A stretch of 64,000 nt of DNA, taken from assembly GCA_028023455.1 (NCBI GenBank), contig JAQFVV010000010.1, positions 7,316,001 through 7,380,000 of the forward strand, in the 5' to 3' direction. The notes beneath the pieces are model-generated. The model saw only the letters and a list, made by a program, of their open reading frames with translations, did not search any database and was not told the DNA's origin. The translations under genes and the position numbers were made by a program. Every line of letters begins with the position of its first letter. Within the stretch, counting starts at the first letter, position 1. Below, piece by piece: positions 50,936 to 64,000 of this stretch. Source of the DNA: Epiperipatus broadwayi. Its lineage: Eukaryota > Animalia > Onychophora.

Positions 50936-53699
50936 TTGTAGTCAGGAGTGAGCTTCATATTTTCCTACCTAAAAAAACTAACAATATATAAAAGTTCAAA
51001 CCCAGAAATATTTAAATTACTAACAGTGCCATCATATATATATACAAACTATTGTTGCACATATATATAATTTTTGATTGTTATTTTGAAACTTTTGAAT
51101 ATTTTAAGCTTGTTTTTTTTGTAAAAAAAAAAAAAAGAATTTGTTTAATCACATAAAGTTTGTTATTTGTAAAAATTTATTTGTTTTTCATTTCAATTTT
51201 GTAAAAACTTAAAAAAAAAAAGATATAACCAAGATGGCAGGTTCAATTAATCCATTGTAAAGTTTGCTTCACTAATTAATTATTTTAAAAGCTCGACTTT
51301 CATTAATTGAAATATTGTTTTCTTAACAAAGTCATTTTTATTTTAACCAAAAATATTGTGTTAATGATATATTTTTGTTTCATTTATATTAATTTAAATT
51401 CTTTCAAGCTGGAATGTGTTTTGAACTTTATTATCTTCTTATGTCTTGTATTTAATTAAAAATGGGCTGTAATTTATTAATTGCTTATCAGCCTCTGGGC
51501 AAATAAACTAAGGTATTCCTCCTGTCATAGTTGGGGAATGTATAAATATGGTAGATTGGATATAATGGAACTTTGACTTTTGCTGTTTTATTTTTCTTGT
51601 ACCATTTTTCTCTTTGATCGCGAGTTTAGATAACAAGAATATAGTTTAATAAAATGTCACTTGAGTAGGGTCTGAGTCATCTTTCCCCCCATGCTTCTCG
51701 GGAACTGTCTCTGAAATGCTGCCACCGATGAAGCAGTAGTGACAGAGATTGCTGACCACCAAGCTAATCCCTGCAAACTAAAGTTCAAAAGAATGAACCA
51801 CCTAGCCATTGTAACATTGCCGAGGTAACACTTCCATGCTTACCTATATCTATACTAATAATTAATGTTTTTTTTTGTTATATATTTATATCTAATCTTT
51901 GCTTGAAAGTCTTGCTATAATCCTACCCGATATATATATGTAAATGCTTTCATCTATTTAAGTTTAAATCCTACATTTTTTTTATTGCGGTAAATTTTAC
52001 TATTATAATTATTTGCTATTTACTTTTATATGTAATTTATATACCAAATCAACTCAACTCCGCGAACCTATATTTTAGATTAGTCTTTCAAATCCCCAGC
52101 ACTTCAGGGATATTTTAATTACTTTAAATTGTTTTAAAGCCATTGCTCACTGGGTTGAGAACTAGTTAAATATTTCTGTTCTAGGCAGATTATTATTATA
52201 ATACTGCCATAAGTATATATTTATTGTTTATAAATTTAATGTTATTCAAGAACGCTATTGCTTAAATTCCAGTTAAGATATTTTAAGTAATAATGACCAT
52301 TAGTTTTTTGAAATAATCATTTATATATAGCACCTTGAGCATTACTTTAAATGCTTATTGATTCCAAATGCACGTGGGACCCGTTTAATGAAGAGAAATG
52401 TAATCGTATGTCATTAAGACATTCATCTAGTTTTATATTTCAGTTATTTAATTTGGTTTAGTATGCAAGTCATGCCGTTACACCGATTAAAACTTTATAT
52501 TTAGGTCATTAGTTATTTTGACGTCATTAAAGGATGTATTATACTTTCATAGCATTGCCAGCATGGGTCAGCCATCATCATTATTTGCTTTATAATAATG
52601 AGGGTCATCGGGAACTCCGAATCCTCCATCTTCACGTATATGTTTTAGCTGGCATCGTAAATGCCCTAGGACCTTCGGAAAGAGGGTCTGCATTGGTAAC
52701 CTATGCGGACAATTGCATCTCCCTATCTCCCCCCTTTCCAGGTATAGCCTGCCAGAAGAACGGACATACCATTTCTTCCCCCCCCCACTTAAATGAAGCG
52801 TCTCCTCGGGCGAAAATGGACCAAATTTTATATTTGCTGCCTCATGCTCGCAGTCATTCATTATAGTATTATAGAATCATGCCTAAAACTAATCTGTAAG
52901 TTATAATGCTATGATATAACTAAACCATTTTTGTTATTTATTATTGTATCCCTTAGACAAGCGACTCCCATATGTGTAAATGAACTCTCCTTATTTTATT
53001 TTAATTCAAGAATTAAAATATAACGTTTGTTATATTGACATTTATTTTATTACTTTGATGTTTAATATTTAACAAATATAGCGAATGTCAGAGACCAATT
53101 TACCTGGCAGCGCAGTTATACACATGTAGATTTCTTCTGTGATTGAAGTGGCATCGATCATAGTTTGTTAAATACATGATATTAATTTATTCAAACATTA
53201 AAGTGTCTCTCTTGTAAATTCCTTTGTCTAGGTCATTATTTAATCGTATGATAAAATAGCATTTCTCTTCTTAAACCCATTATGTAATTTTTTTTCTTCA
53301 AATATTGGCATATAAATAAACCGCACTATATATGTATTAGCATGACATCCCATAATAACCACAGGTGTAAGCATAATGAAACTATTCTAATGTGAACTAT
53401 ATAAATAATGTACATTTAGAATAAATTGTTTTTATATAATATTAAAGTATCTTTTAATCCTATCCAGAGTTCAAATCTTTATTTTGGCTAGTTTTTAAAT
53501 ATAAAAGGGTTTTATATAATTATGTATTATTTTAATTCTTATATCTCATTCGGGGATTCATCCTCAATAGTCCTAATTTGAATCTCATGTCTCTATACCG
53601 CTGTCTGACATCTGGTACAATATTATAGATATTTTGATTTGAGAAAAATGTTAAACAGATGGATATGTATTTCAAGATAGTAATGCTTTAAAAATCCAA

Positions 53700-55500
53700 G
53701 ACAGGAAATGATGTAAAATATATTTTAATGCAAAACTAGAGACAAAAATTATTAAAAAACAATAGTCACAGTTGATATTCCTAATCTCTAATGAATTTAA
53801 ATTAGAACTTGCAAATTGTTTTCAAATATTATCAGATCTTAACACGATTCAATTCGAATGAAATCAATAGGAAAATAAATGATACCCTAGCAGCAATTGA
53901 TTAATAAAATTTCTACTGAGACAAGAGAATTTATAAGAAAAGAAAGGAGTATGAAAATAAATAAAAATGATGCACTAAGAAGGATTGAATATCAAAATTT
54001 TATAAAATGGTGTGAAAAAGAGAAGATAATGATATAAGAAAATATAATTATGAAGTAGCAAGGAATGCTGTAGAATGGAATAAAAATATTAAAAGTGTAA
54101 AACATCTTTGTTATTGGTAGAAAACTTATTTCTGTAATAAAAATATGAAACTTACTAAGAAAGGAAGTTCTAAAAAGAATTATAACAACAATGATTAATA
54201 AAAAAAAAAAAAAGATTTCCCTACTATTACTACATCTCTTGAATTGTCCAGCATTTTAAATAAAGAAGTGAGATATGTAATTATATCTATATAGAAGAAA
54301 AACATTCCAGGTAATTATAATCAATATCTTAAAAGAAACAAGACATTAGTTGTATACAAAATTTTTACCAAGGTAAATTACAACTCATCTAAAGCAAACA
54401 TTAGATTTTAATCAATCAAAAAAACAAGCTGGATTTAAAAATGCATTTAATATAATGGATCATATCCAAGTATTGAGAGACATTATAGAAAGGACCAATG
54501 AATAAGAGTTGCCATTACGCTTTGGATTTGTAGATTATGATCATCAAGATATAGAGTAGTTATCAAAATGTAACAGTAATGATTAGATTACATAGTTATA
54601 CTAAGAAAATTAACATTGATAAGGGTGTATGCTAGATTAACTCCATATCTCCAAAACTTTTTACAGCAGTTTTGCAAGGAGTACTTTGTGGCTTAAAATG
54701 GGAAGCTAAGGGAAATAAAATCTATTTAAGACATCTAGATTTTGCAGATGTAAATGTTTTTGGAAACAATGCTTCTGAGCTTCAGGAAATGTTGCAAGAG
54801 TTATCAGATGAAAGTAAGAAAATCAGAGTAATGTTTAATGGATTATCTCAAAGAAAGAAAATAGATTGATAATGATGAAATATCTTGAGTTAAATTATTA
54901 ATACAGACGAAAACATAATGGATGAAATTAATCATAAAATTAAATTTGGATAGAATGCTTTTGGTAGAAATAACTTAATACTATAAGGAAATATATCTGT
55001 GTATTTAAAAAGAGAAGTTTATAATACATGGGTTTTACCAGTTCATACTTATGGATCTGAGATTTGGATACTTAACAGAAGAGCTATACAAACCTCAGAC
55101 AACTCAACAAAACATAGAGATGTACATTATGAGTAAAATGAAGGAGCCAAAAACTAATACACGACTGAGAGAACAAATGTGTTACTAACATCATTGAATG
55201 AATTAAAAGATTGAACTGGAGCTGGGCTGAACATATTGTTGAAGAGATGACTATCAATGAATTCTTAAACTGGATTCCAAAAGATATTATAAAGGACTTA
55301 GAAAGTGATCACATGTAAAATGGATAAACGGTGAAATCTTAAACCGAATTCCAAGAGATTGTAAAAGATTTAGAAACACATCTCATGTAAGATGGATGAA
55401 ATAAGGAAGTGTGTTGAAGATGATGTGGAAAAGAGAAGTTAGACATTGGAGAAACTAGATTAAATTTAGGAGAACTTTATTCTGCAGTAGATCGATAATG
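53700..55500 (+). mobile_element. RTE-clade LINE reverse transcriptase and C-terminal region, degenerate
   Basis: VYKIFTKV, QAGFK...MDHIQVLRDIIERTNE, LPLRFGFVDY, ISPKLFTAVL, YLRHLDFAD, ELQEMLQELSDES, KREVYNTWVLPVHTYGSEIW, IKRLNWSWAEHI; small internal duplication at ~55250-55400. Confidence 0.85.
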
Positions 55501-58500
55501 GTTGAATATGATGTTGAAGACCTCTGATAGTAGAACATAAGTAAATCTGAAGAGTGAAAAAGTTTTAACAGACAGCTCAATCTTTTCACAAATGTTAAAT
55601 TTGTAATTTTTTGATGCATTTTGTAGCAAATGATCACAACACATAAATTAACAGTATATTAAGTAAGTAACTTGGTTGCTTTCATCATTTGAAACATACA
55701 TCTAAAAATATGTAAGTAATATGCTAGTACAATATTATCTTTTATATTACGTAACTGGCATAATGTGTAAACTATTAATATTTTCAAAAATCAGTTTGCT
55801 GTGAAAAATGCTATTTTCTTTATTTTACTCAGGGTAAAATTGAACTCCGACAACTTTTGAGGATTTATGTAGTAGTTAACCACATATATATATGTCATCT
55901 ATCAGTGAAATTTCTCGGCTTGGCATTGTAATAATTTTGCATATGATTACACAAGTTATTATTTGAAATCATTAATTTTGATAATTTGCCACTATTTATC
56001 ACAATTTACTATGTATGTTATCATTAGATCTTTTACAACTTTATCCTAAAATAAGTTTTTTATAAAATGATTCAGATAAAACTATAAAGATATTTTATTT
56101 GTGACTAAACTATTGTGAGTTAAACCTAAAACACATTGCACATATAAAATTTCTAGAAGCTCAAATAAAAATTCAATTGCAATAATAGATATAAATTTTT
56201 AAATGGGTGTAACCACTAAATATTAAAATTATTTATTATTGAAAAATGGCTAAGATAATTATTTAGAGAATATTAAAAATATTTACCAGTATTTATAATA
56301 TTTTTTTAAAATGTATATATATTTATATTTATAAATAGGAGGATTTGTATCATTTTAAATGACCTGAGATCCACAAGTAAATTGTATTCATATGAAAAAT
56401 TAGGCTTGGACTCATTATTAGTGATTTTTTTCGGACCAACATTAATCCCACATATGTATACATTTAATTAGAAGGAAGCCAGTAACATCTTTTAACCATT
56501 TATCAATGAAAATGTAGCAAATAAAATTGGAATTAATATTAAAAGTTTTATTTTAAAAGTAAATGCATAATGATATGAAATAACTGTCATGATTTATAGT
56601 ATCAACCAATTTTTGTTATAAAAAAAGTCTTATCAGGCTAGCAGTTTCATAACTCTACTAAATGAGACACCATTTAATTTATTTAATATCTAGAATGAAA
56701 GAAGAATTTTCTAAAATTCTAATATATAATGTATATAAATAAATATTGTTAGTTGTTTAAGGCATGTGATGTTTCAGCACCAAAATGACAGACTGAATAC
56801 AATAGCAACTCGAGTCTGCAACTATGTTAAACTGCTCAGAATAAAATATATGTAATCAGAAAACAGGTGACAGTTTTTAATTATGTGCTGACAGAAATGT
56901 AGTAACTAAAATTAGAATTAACATTATAATTTTTATTTTAAAATCAAACAATGCATTTATAATTACTTATTAATGTTTAAATATTGATTATTGTACTTAT
57001 TACATTAGACATTACAATTCATGTACACTGCTTTACAAACACTGTCAAGTAATATATTATTTCATAGAGTACAAAGCTACTGGCCTATTTAATAAGACCT
57101 TCCTTTTGACTTGATGATGTATGTTTAAAATAAAATAATTTATTATTTATATGTAACAGAATTAGTTGCATTAATTCCATTTTCAATTACATATGGTTAA
57201 AAGCTGTTAATAATTTTCTGATTAAGCAGTGCATGGATATATTTTATTAGCGCACTGCTTACATTATTATTAACTGTACGAGTAATTTTTTAGGAAATCA
57301 TATGACATTTGGGTGTTTAAGTGGGAGTTTGCACATAACATTTACATCTAAATGACTCAAACTTATTATTATTCTTATTTTTTACTTTACTAAACTGAGA
57401 ATTATTATAAAAATCTTTAGCTCTTGAGCCCACTACTTTTTGCCACTATTTATAATTACTCAATGTATGTGAACATGAAGTCATTTTTTAAATAATGGAA
57501 CTTAAGAATATAAGATGCCATAAGAAATTAATAAGTTGACAGTCTGAAATTATTTTCATTAAAGATCAAATATTTTTTACAATTGAATTGTAATTTCTGT
57601 TATGTATTTCTACTTTTGGATAGAAAATATGACAAAGATTCATATGCCTAAAAAAAAATAAATCACTATATTGATTTACTAATGCTTTACAAAGAGATGC
57701 AATGAATAACAGAAAGTATATGATACCTAATAAAAAGACTGCCTCATAATTACACTTCTTTATCTTTCTATTCATACAAGAGTCCTATAAAAGATTTGAA
57801 AAATTTAGAAAATATTTTGTCAGTCTTCTTGGAAGATATGCTTACATAATGAACAAATTGAAAGATATTTACTAAAAGTAATAAGGTTGGTATGTTTGAT
57901 AATTTAATTTTATATTGGACAAGGATCCAACACCAATTCATATATTATTATCTCTCATATTAAACAGGACTTTATTATAAGTGATTATTAGACTGAAACA
58001 CAAAGCTACATAGGAATAACACTCGAGGATTGTATCTAATATAATTTCTATTTCTAGGAATAAATATTTTGGAAAGCTGACGGCCTTCACTTGGTTTTGT
58101 GATATAAATGCTCTTAAAGTGGTTTCCTTAGTATATTGCCAGTGGAGAATAATACTTAAAAAGTATCCACATTGTATATGCTCTTACACTGTAATATGAA
58201 AAATATTATTAAGACAGTCAAGTCTATTCCCTTCCAAAGATTTCTGATCATTTCATATAATTTTTCATTAGATATCAAAAGACTAATTGTCTGGTAGAAA
58301 CATTATAAAATGTCATTATATGCTTTAAAACAATATTTTTTTTGGTTGTTCAATCAAAAATTCCTTCAAACTAGTGAGAACTATAGTATAAAAAAATAGA
58401 CTTACAAAGAACCATACAAATTTCTTATTTTCAGATTTAACAATAAAATCAGCTGGATTTGATCTACATAGAAATATTAAAATCTTAACAGCAGGATCAT

Positions 58501-61500
58501 CCAAGGACATGCTTATTTCAAAAATAGAATTTATATAGCTATACCAAACACAAACCATGAAACATAATTAATATTTATCCAATATATATGCATACACAAA
58601 CATAATTAAAGGACTTAATAGAGCCACTAGTTAGTCTATTTTCTTAAATGAAATTCTACAGATTCTTTTATATTTGTAAATAGTTAACAAATGAAAAAAA
58701 AAAGCCCACATTCTAATTAATAAAATAATCTAATGGAATTTTGTTGTAGAACCAAATCAAAGTTATGTGATTATTCTATCATTATCACATACTATGAACA
58801 AAATAAATCAATATAGGTGTTCTTCCATTAATAGAACCATTATCAGCAAAATATGGAAAGATAAATTAGACTACATCAAAAAAATACTTCTCAAAAATCA
58901 TCCAAAGTTTTAAGAAAAAAAATTAAAACAGCTTTAAATAATTCTAAAAATAAAATCTAAAAAAGAGCCCCAAATTAGAATAATTTAGTATAACATTTTA
59001 TTATAGGTAAATTCCAATTTATTATTATTAATGTTCTTAAATTTATTGAGCATTACTTAGTAAAATTTTGTGTATTTGTAAAAATGACATCACAACTTTA
59101 CTCACATATTTTTGTGCTTTATTATCAGTCTCAATCTGAATATTTATTAATAATAATTTTATTTAGAAGATAAGCACATAAAAATCAACAACTGAAATTT
59201 TTTCCCCCAATTGTTTCCATCTAGATACAAATCAAAAAGATCAGTTGTTGGAATGATCTTTGACAGGAAATTTTCTGGCTTTCTTCTATTATATTTTCAT
59301 TGTATACAAGACTAGTGAAAATATTATAAAAAGATTTTGATATTTACACTTTTTTTTTCTTTTGATCAAGTTAAAAGAATGTGAGTGTCTGAAAACTGAA
59401 GACAGGAAAATTACAATAAAGAGTAATAATAAAAATGGTTTAAAAAGAAAAAAAACCCTTGCTTGGATAGCTTGAAATATATATAGATACACATATATTT
59501 GTGTGTATATATATATACAAAAAAAAAAAAATACCCCAGCCCATTCTGTATTGTGCATATTATAAAATAAGGCAATGATTGGTTCAAACTGAACTGTGAT
59601 ACAGGTAATATTTGTAAGCACTAATTCTATTGGCAAAGTTTCACAGAAGGGAAACATTATACATATATAATGTGATTTTTGAAGAAATAGTAAAAAAATA
59701 TACTTGGGGGAGGAAAACACCATCCCCTTATGATGGAACATATTCCTCTTACACACATAAAATTGTCAAGCTTCATTTTAGCGAAGAGGCACATTTTGGT
59801 TTACTGCTGGGGACAGCACAACATAAAATCGGTTGAAAATTCAGCCGAATAAATTCTCTAAAAATTAATTTTTACAATTTTAATCAGTTTGATTCACTGT
59901 ATCAAATAAGTATTAAAAATATGATCATTTCCTTAAACCTCTCCACATTCTTTGAAATAGATACTTCAAATAAATCTAACATGTACAAATATTGTTTTAT
60001 CCAGATAACTTTAAAGTTCTTTGAAAGTGCTGAGAGGAAATCAAAGAAATATTTTTAGTTAATAGTAAACAGAATATAATTACATTTTTATGTACAATTA
60101 TATACAAATTTCAAAGATTATAATAATAGTATGTGTAACATAACTTTTCCTCTGCAATTTCAAATGAACAGAGCCATAAAAAAATCAAATATTGAAAATG
60201 ATTATAATAATGAATATATATAATAATTAAAACATTATTATTATTATTATATATGTAAAATCAAAATAAATATTAAGGCTTGTTAAAGATTGCAATATAA
60301 ATAATTAATATCTACAGGTTGAATTTACAAACAGGCAAAATGATTTCTTGTGATTATCTTTCCTAAATCTGATATATCAAAATTTATTTTAAATATCCTT
60401 TCTAATGTTTTCATTCAGTTTTCAGACACTATGAAGTTCTGCAGTAAATTGATTAGTTTATTACCACTGATTAAGGATGCTGCCATTTTAAAAGAATGAT
60501 TAAAAAAAAAATGTTATGGAAGGTAAAAAAAAAAAAAAAAAGAAAAGAAAAAGATACAGTTAAACTGTTTAAAGACAAAATAATAATAATAAAATATTAT
60601 ATATATTTTAAATATATATAGGCTAGTAATCTGATGGGGTCCAAATATTAACATTTAAATGTGATTTGTCTTTATTACCATTAATTGTTTATTCTAGCAA
60701 ATTATAAATACATAAAAGTTAAATATATATATAAAATTTGTTTGGTTTCTTTTTTATCCCCCCATCCCTCACTTATCATAAAGAATGCTTATAAATTCTG
60801 AGTAATTTTAAATGTTAATGACTTTGGTATATACATGATAAATGCATACTAAACATGATACTTAAAAGCTCGATTATACAGATTTGAATACATTTGATTA
60901 TGAAGATTAGTGAATTAAAACAATTTTAACTGAAATTTCTTTTCAAAGCCTGTAAGAAAAGAAAAATAGCAGAAAGTTAACAAATGTATTATGATGGCTG
61001 AATCAAAGACCATAACAGCAATAAAAAAGATTCCGTTTTCATTATAATAATTGATAGTCCACACAGGAAGTCAACAGCTGGATGAAAAAGTATGGAAAAA
61101 TCGCTGAGAAGTTTTAATGACTGAAAAAGAAAAATCACTTAAAAGATCTGCCACAAATGATGACCATTGCTGTGAGATTAAATACAATAACATTTGAAAG
61201 ATCAAGGTTATTTATTGTATATAGCCATATAATTATTAATACTTAAAATCACATACAGATTTTATAAACAGTCTGTACTATGCCAAAGATTACTGGGATA
61301 AATTCACGCTTTTACAGGTACCCAGTTAATAGGATCTACATTTACACATTGATTGACTGTCTAAAGATACTTTAAAAAAAGTATATATATATAATTTAAA
61401 AGACAAACCCTGCTTTACTGAAGAATATTTTAAATGTGATGACTGCTAAATCAAAATCTATAAAAGATATATATTGAATGAAGCCTTTATATAAGGAGTT

Positions 61501-62720
61501 ATATATATATTTAATCTTTGTATTTTGTTAAAATTAAATAAGCTTTTTTTTTTTTTGTTTGCTCATTCATCTATTTACCAATATATTAATGAAAATAATT
61601 TTATGCTCACCTGACAAAATAAAAAAAAATGAATTAATTCTCAAAATTTTAGCAACATTAAAAAAATATATACAGTTTTAAAGATTTTCAGTTTAGATTC
61701 AAACAGATAAGTCTATAGAATTGGTCTTTATAACATAAAAAAAAAATACAACAAAAACATAAACTTGATGCAATACACAGATCAGAAAGAATTGAATAAT
61801 CCATTGAATATTTCTATAATTTTTTCTTCCAAACAAATTCTAAGTAAATTTGACTATAATTTCTACAAAGCAAAGATAATTAATCTTGTGATCTAATGTA
61901 ACTAATTTAATAAAATATGGCTTTTATAAATAAAATAATTGTTTGATATAAACAATCTTACTTTTAGAGAGGTTCATTTATTGTAACAGTAATTTAAGAT
62001 GGATATTCAATTCTTCAGGCATCAGTAAAATAAAATAAAATAAAATAAAAAACAATGATAATAATAATAAAAAAATTACAATAATAATAATAAAACATTA
62101 AAAAAGGTTCTTTTTCTTCAATTATATAAAAAAAATAAAACACTAAAGTTGAAAAAAAAAAATTTGCACTATATACAATATAGATGAATAAAATAGACCC
62201 CTTTATCCTTATTTTATTATTATTACTTTAATTATTTTTTTTTGAGGAACAATATTAACAGGTCTAGGCCTGAATGAGAAAAAATGTTCCAAGAATAAAA
62301 ATATTTATATTGAATTTCTTTTATATATATATATAATAATAGATTAGGTACTAATCAGTATATATATTTTTTCCAAACTACAGTCTTTCACATTTATTCT
62401 AGTAAATTCAGCAAGAGTTGATGTTGCTTATGTGCAACCTGTGTGTAAATTCTGGATTTAATACCAGAAAGAAGGGATTATTTTTCCCTCTCAGGAAATG
62501 TTACTGGCATAAGCACTGTCAGTGTTGTTTAATGTTCCTCCAATATTTTCAATTAAAAAAAAAATACTTAAAAAAAAAAAAATGTATGGAGGAAACAAGA
62601 AAACTCAGCTATTTGGCAGTGCTGCATGGTTCACAGTTCCAAAGGCTAAGACAAGCACAAGGACAAATGTCCTTGGCTTGTACATAATGTACCAACTGCC
62701 CAAGTAAGTTCTAATTTTTG

Positions 62721-63611
62721 TTAAGAAGCTTTGTGCCTTCCTCCACATATTCCACAGGCCACTCCACATTTATGACAAGCTCTAAATGGGAGATAGCACC
62801 ACAAACAAGGAACCAAAAATGATAGGATGGTTAAACCTACCCACCTTTTACAACAAGTTTCATCTGAAGGATCACATGAACAAGGGTGAGCGTAGTCTCC
62901 TTCTGAATCAGACATACAATGATATAGCATACAACTCGCACAAAACATGCAGCTGGCTTTATCTATGCACTGACGAACCTTATCAGGAGCATATTCACAC
63001 ACACCACGCTCATTTTCATCATGGCTAAACATTTCATGGCAGTACCGACAGCGAGACCTTTCGCTCAATAAATGCTTGTGTTTATCACGTTTTCTATCTT
63101 TTTTTTTACTTTTAGTTGGTAAAAGGGGTGGTGGCTGCCTTGCAATAGCTTCGAAATTGTGTTTTTTAAGACCACTAATGGAGTCTCTCTTTTCTGATTT
63201 TAAATCCAAATTTGGGTAAGAATATTCATGTGTGAGAGGACGATCCTTAGCAAATTGTACATATGAATAAGAATCTGACTGAATAATTTCTATTTTATCA
63301 TTATCAACTGATCCTTGTTCTTTCTTTTCTTCATGTTTGACCCATACGTCTTCATTGGGAACCGACTTCTGATCACCATTGCTGTTATGGCTGCTTCCAT
63401 TGCTCCCATTGTTATTGGAACCGTTACCGTGAGATTTGGGTGGGCGAGGAATAAAATGCATTCGATGAAGATGGTGATGATTAGCATGAGGATGAGTGTA
63501 TGATGATGAATAAGGCTCTACTGAGAGACTGGGAGTACTAGAAGGTGGTCGAGCGCTGCTGGAACTAGATGAGGAACCAGAATTTTCTCGTTCCAAAGGA
63601 AGCTCCAAAGT
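62721..63611 (-). CDS. Spred: Terminal coding exon of Spred (Sprouty-related EVH1 domain protein), containing the cysteine-rich SPR domain
   Basis: Intact ORF ending ERSRCRYCHEMFSHDENERGVCEYAPD...SCMFCASCMLYHCMSDSEGDYAHPCSCD...RWVGLTILSFLVPCLWCYLPFRACHKCGVACGICGGRHKAS*, the Spred-type SPR domain. Polypyrimidine tract and AG acceptor (ttttctctttttag|ACTTTG) put the exon start at 63611; the EVH1 exons must lie beyond the window. Confidence 0.95.
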   Translation of the reverse strand, partial: TLELPLERENSGSSSSSSSARPPSSTPSLSVEPYSSSYTHPHANHHHLHRMHFIPRPPKSHGNGSNNNGSNGSSHNSNGDQKSVPNEDVWVKHEEKKEQGSVDNDKIEIIQSDSYSYVQFAKDRPLTHEYSYPNLDLKSEKRDSISGLKKHNFEAIARQPPPLLPTKSKKKDRKRDKHKHLLSERSRCRYCHEMFSHDENERGVCEYAPDKVRQCIDKASCMFCASCMLYHCMSDSEGDYAHPCSCDPSDETCCKRWVGLTILSFLVPCLWCYLPFRACHKCGVACGICGGRHKAS

Positions 63612-64000
63612 CTAAAAAGAGAAAAGAATCAATTAAAATATAAAAAAGAAAATTATATATATATAAAGTAATATTTACAAACAAGCACACATGAATGAAA
63701 CTGAGAATCATGCAGTTATTCAGCCATAACATAATTGCATAATACTGTTTGAAGCGAGAATTTACAACATCAGTGATTGTTTGTGTTGTATATCAATCAA
63801 TAATATAATTAAAAAAACATACAGGATTGAATATAAGACAATTTATTAAAACCACTATTAAAGAAACTAAACAACCAAGTAAACAAGGAAAAAGACATAA
63901 TTAGAAATTAAAGCTATATAAAAAATCAACTTCTGGTAGTAAAAAGTCAACAAACAACATAAGATGAGCACAAATATTTAACTGTCATAGTTTAAAATGA

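Noticed and set aside
59289-59836. 155-aa and 68-aa ORFs downstream of Spred
   Set aside because: Low-complexity F/I/Y-rich translation crossing A-runs and TA repeats; no recognisable domain.
63606-63608. TTG start of the 295-aa ORF as the true Spred start
   Set aside because: A strong splice acceptor lies 3 nt upstream and the EVH1 domain is missing; this is an internal exon start.

Overview
AT-rich, CpG-depleted eukaryotic DNA, probably from an invertebrate (arthropod-like; inferred, not proven). The only clear host coding sequence is the terminal exon of a Spred (Sprouty-related) gene on the minus strand at the right edge (62721-63611). The rest is mostly decayed mobile DNA: two related L1/Tx1-type LINEs, two copies of a PHD + SGNH-esterase LINE (RTE-X/CR1-like), an RTE-type LINE, an internally deleted Ty3/Gypsy element, foldback/MITE-like hairpins, an ANKRD13 retrocopy fragment and a CpG-retaining island near 33-35 kb. 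The most notable signal is invisible in the ORF track: at least 8 minimal type-I hammerhead ribozyme motifs (consensus CCTCA-CTGAnGA-stemII-GAAAC-TA-GTC-TGGGG) in two short repeat families. One locus (22562-23645) has a ~400-nt monomer arranged as one inverted copy plus a partial tandem, with one hammerhead per monomer, the architecture expected of a retrozyme or non-autonomous Penelope-like element that makes self-cleaving, possibly circular RNA. A near-identical 359-bp tandem-plus-inverted array (16627-17942) has the same geometry but no recognisable ribozyme. Most TE boundaries are estimated by eye; no database search was run.
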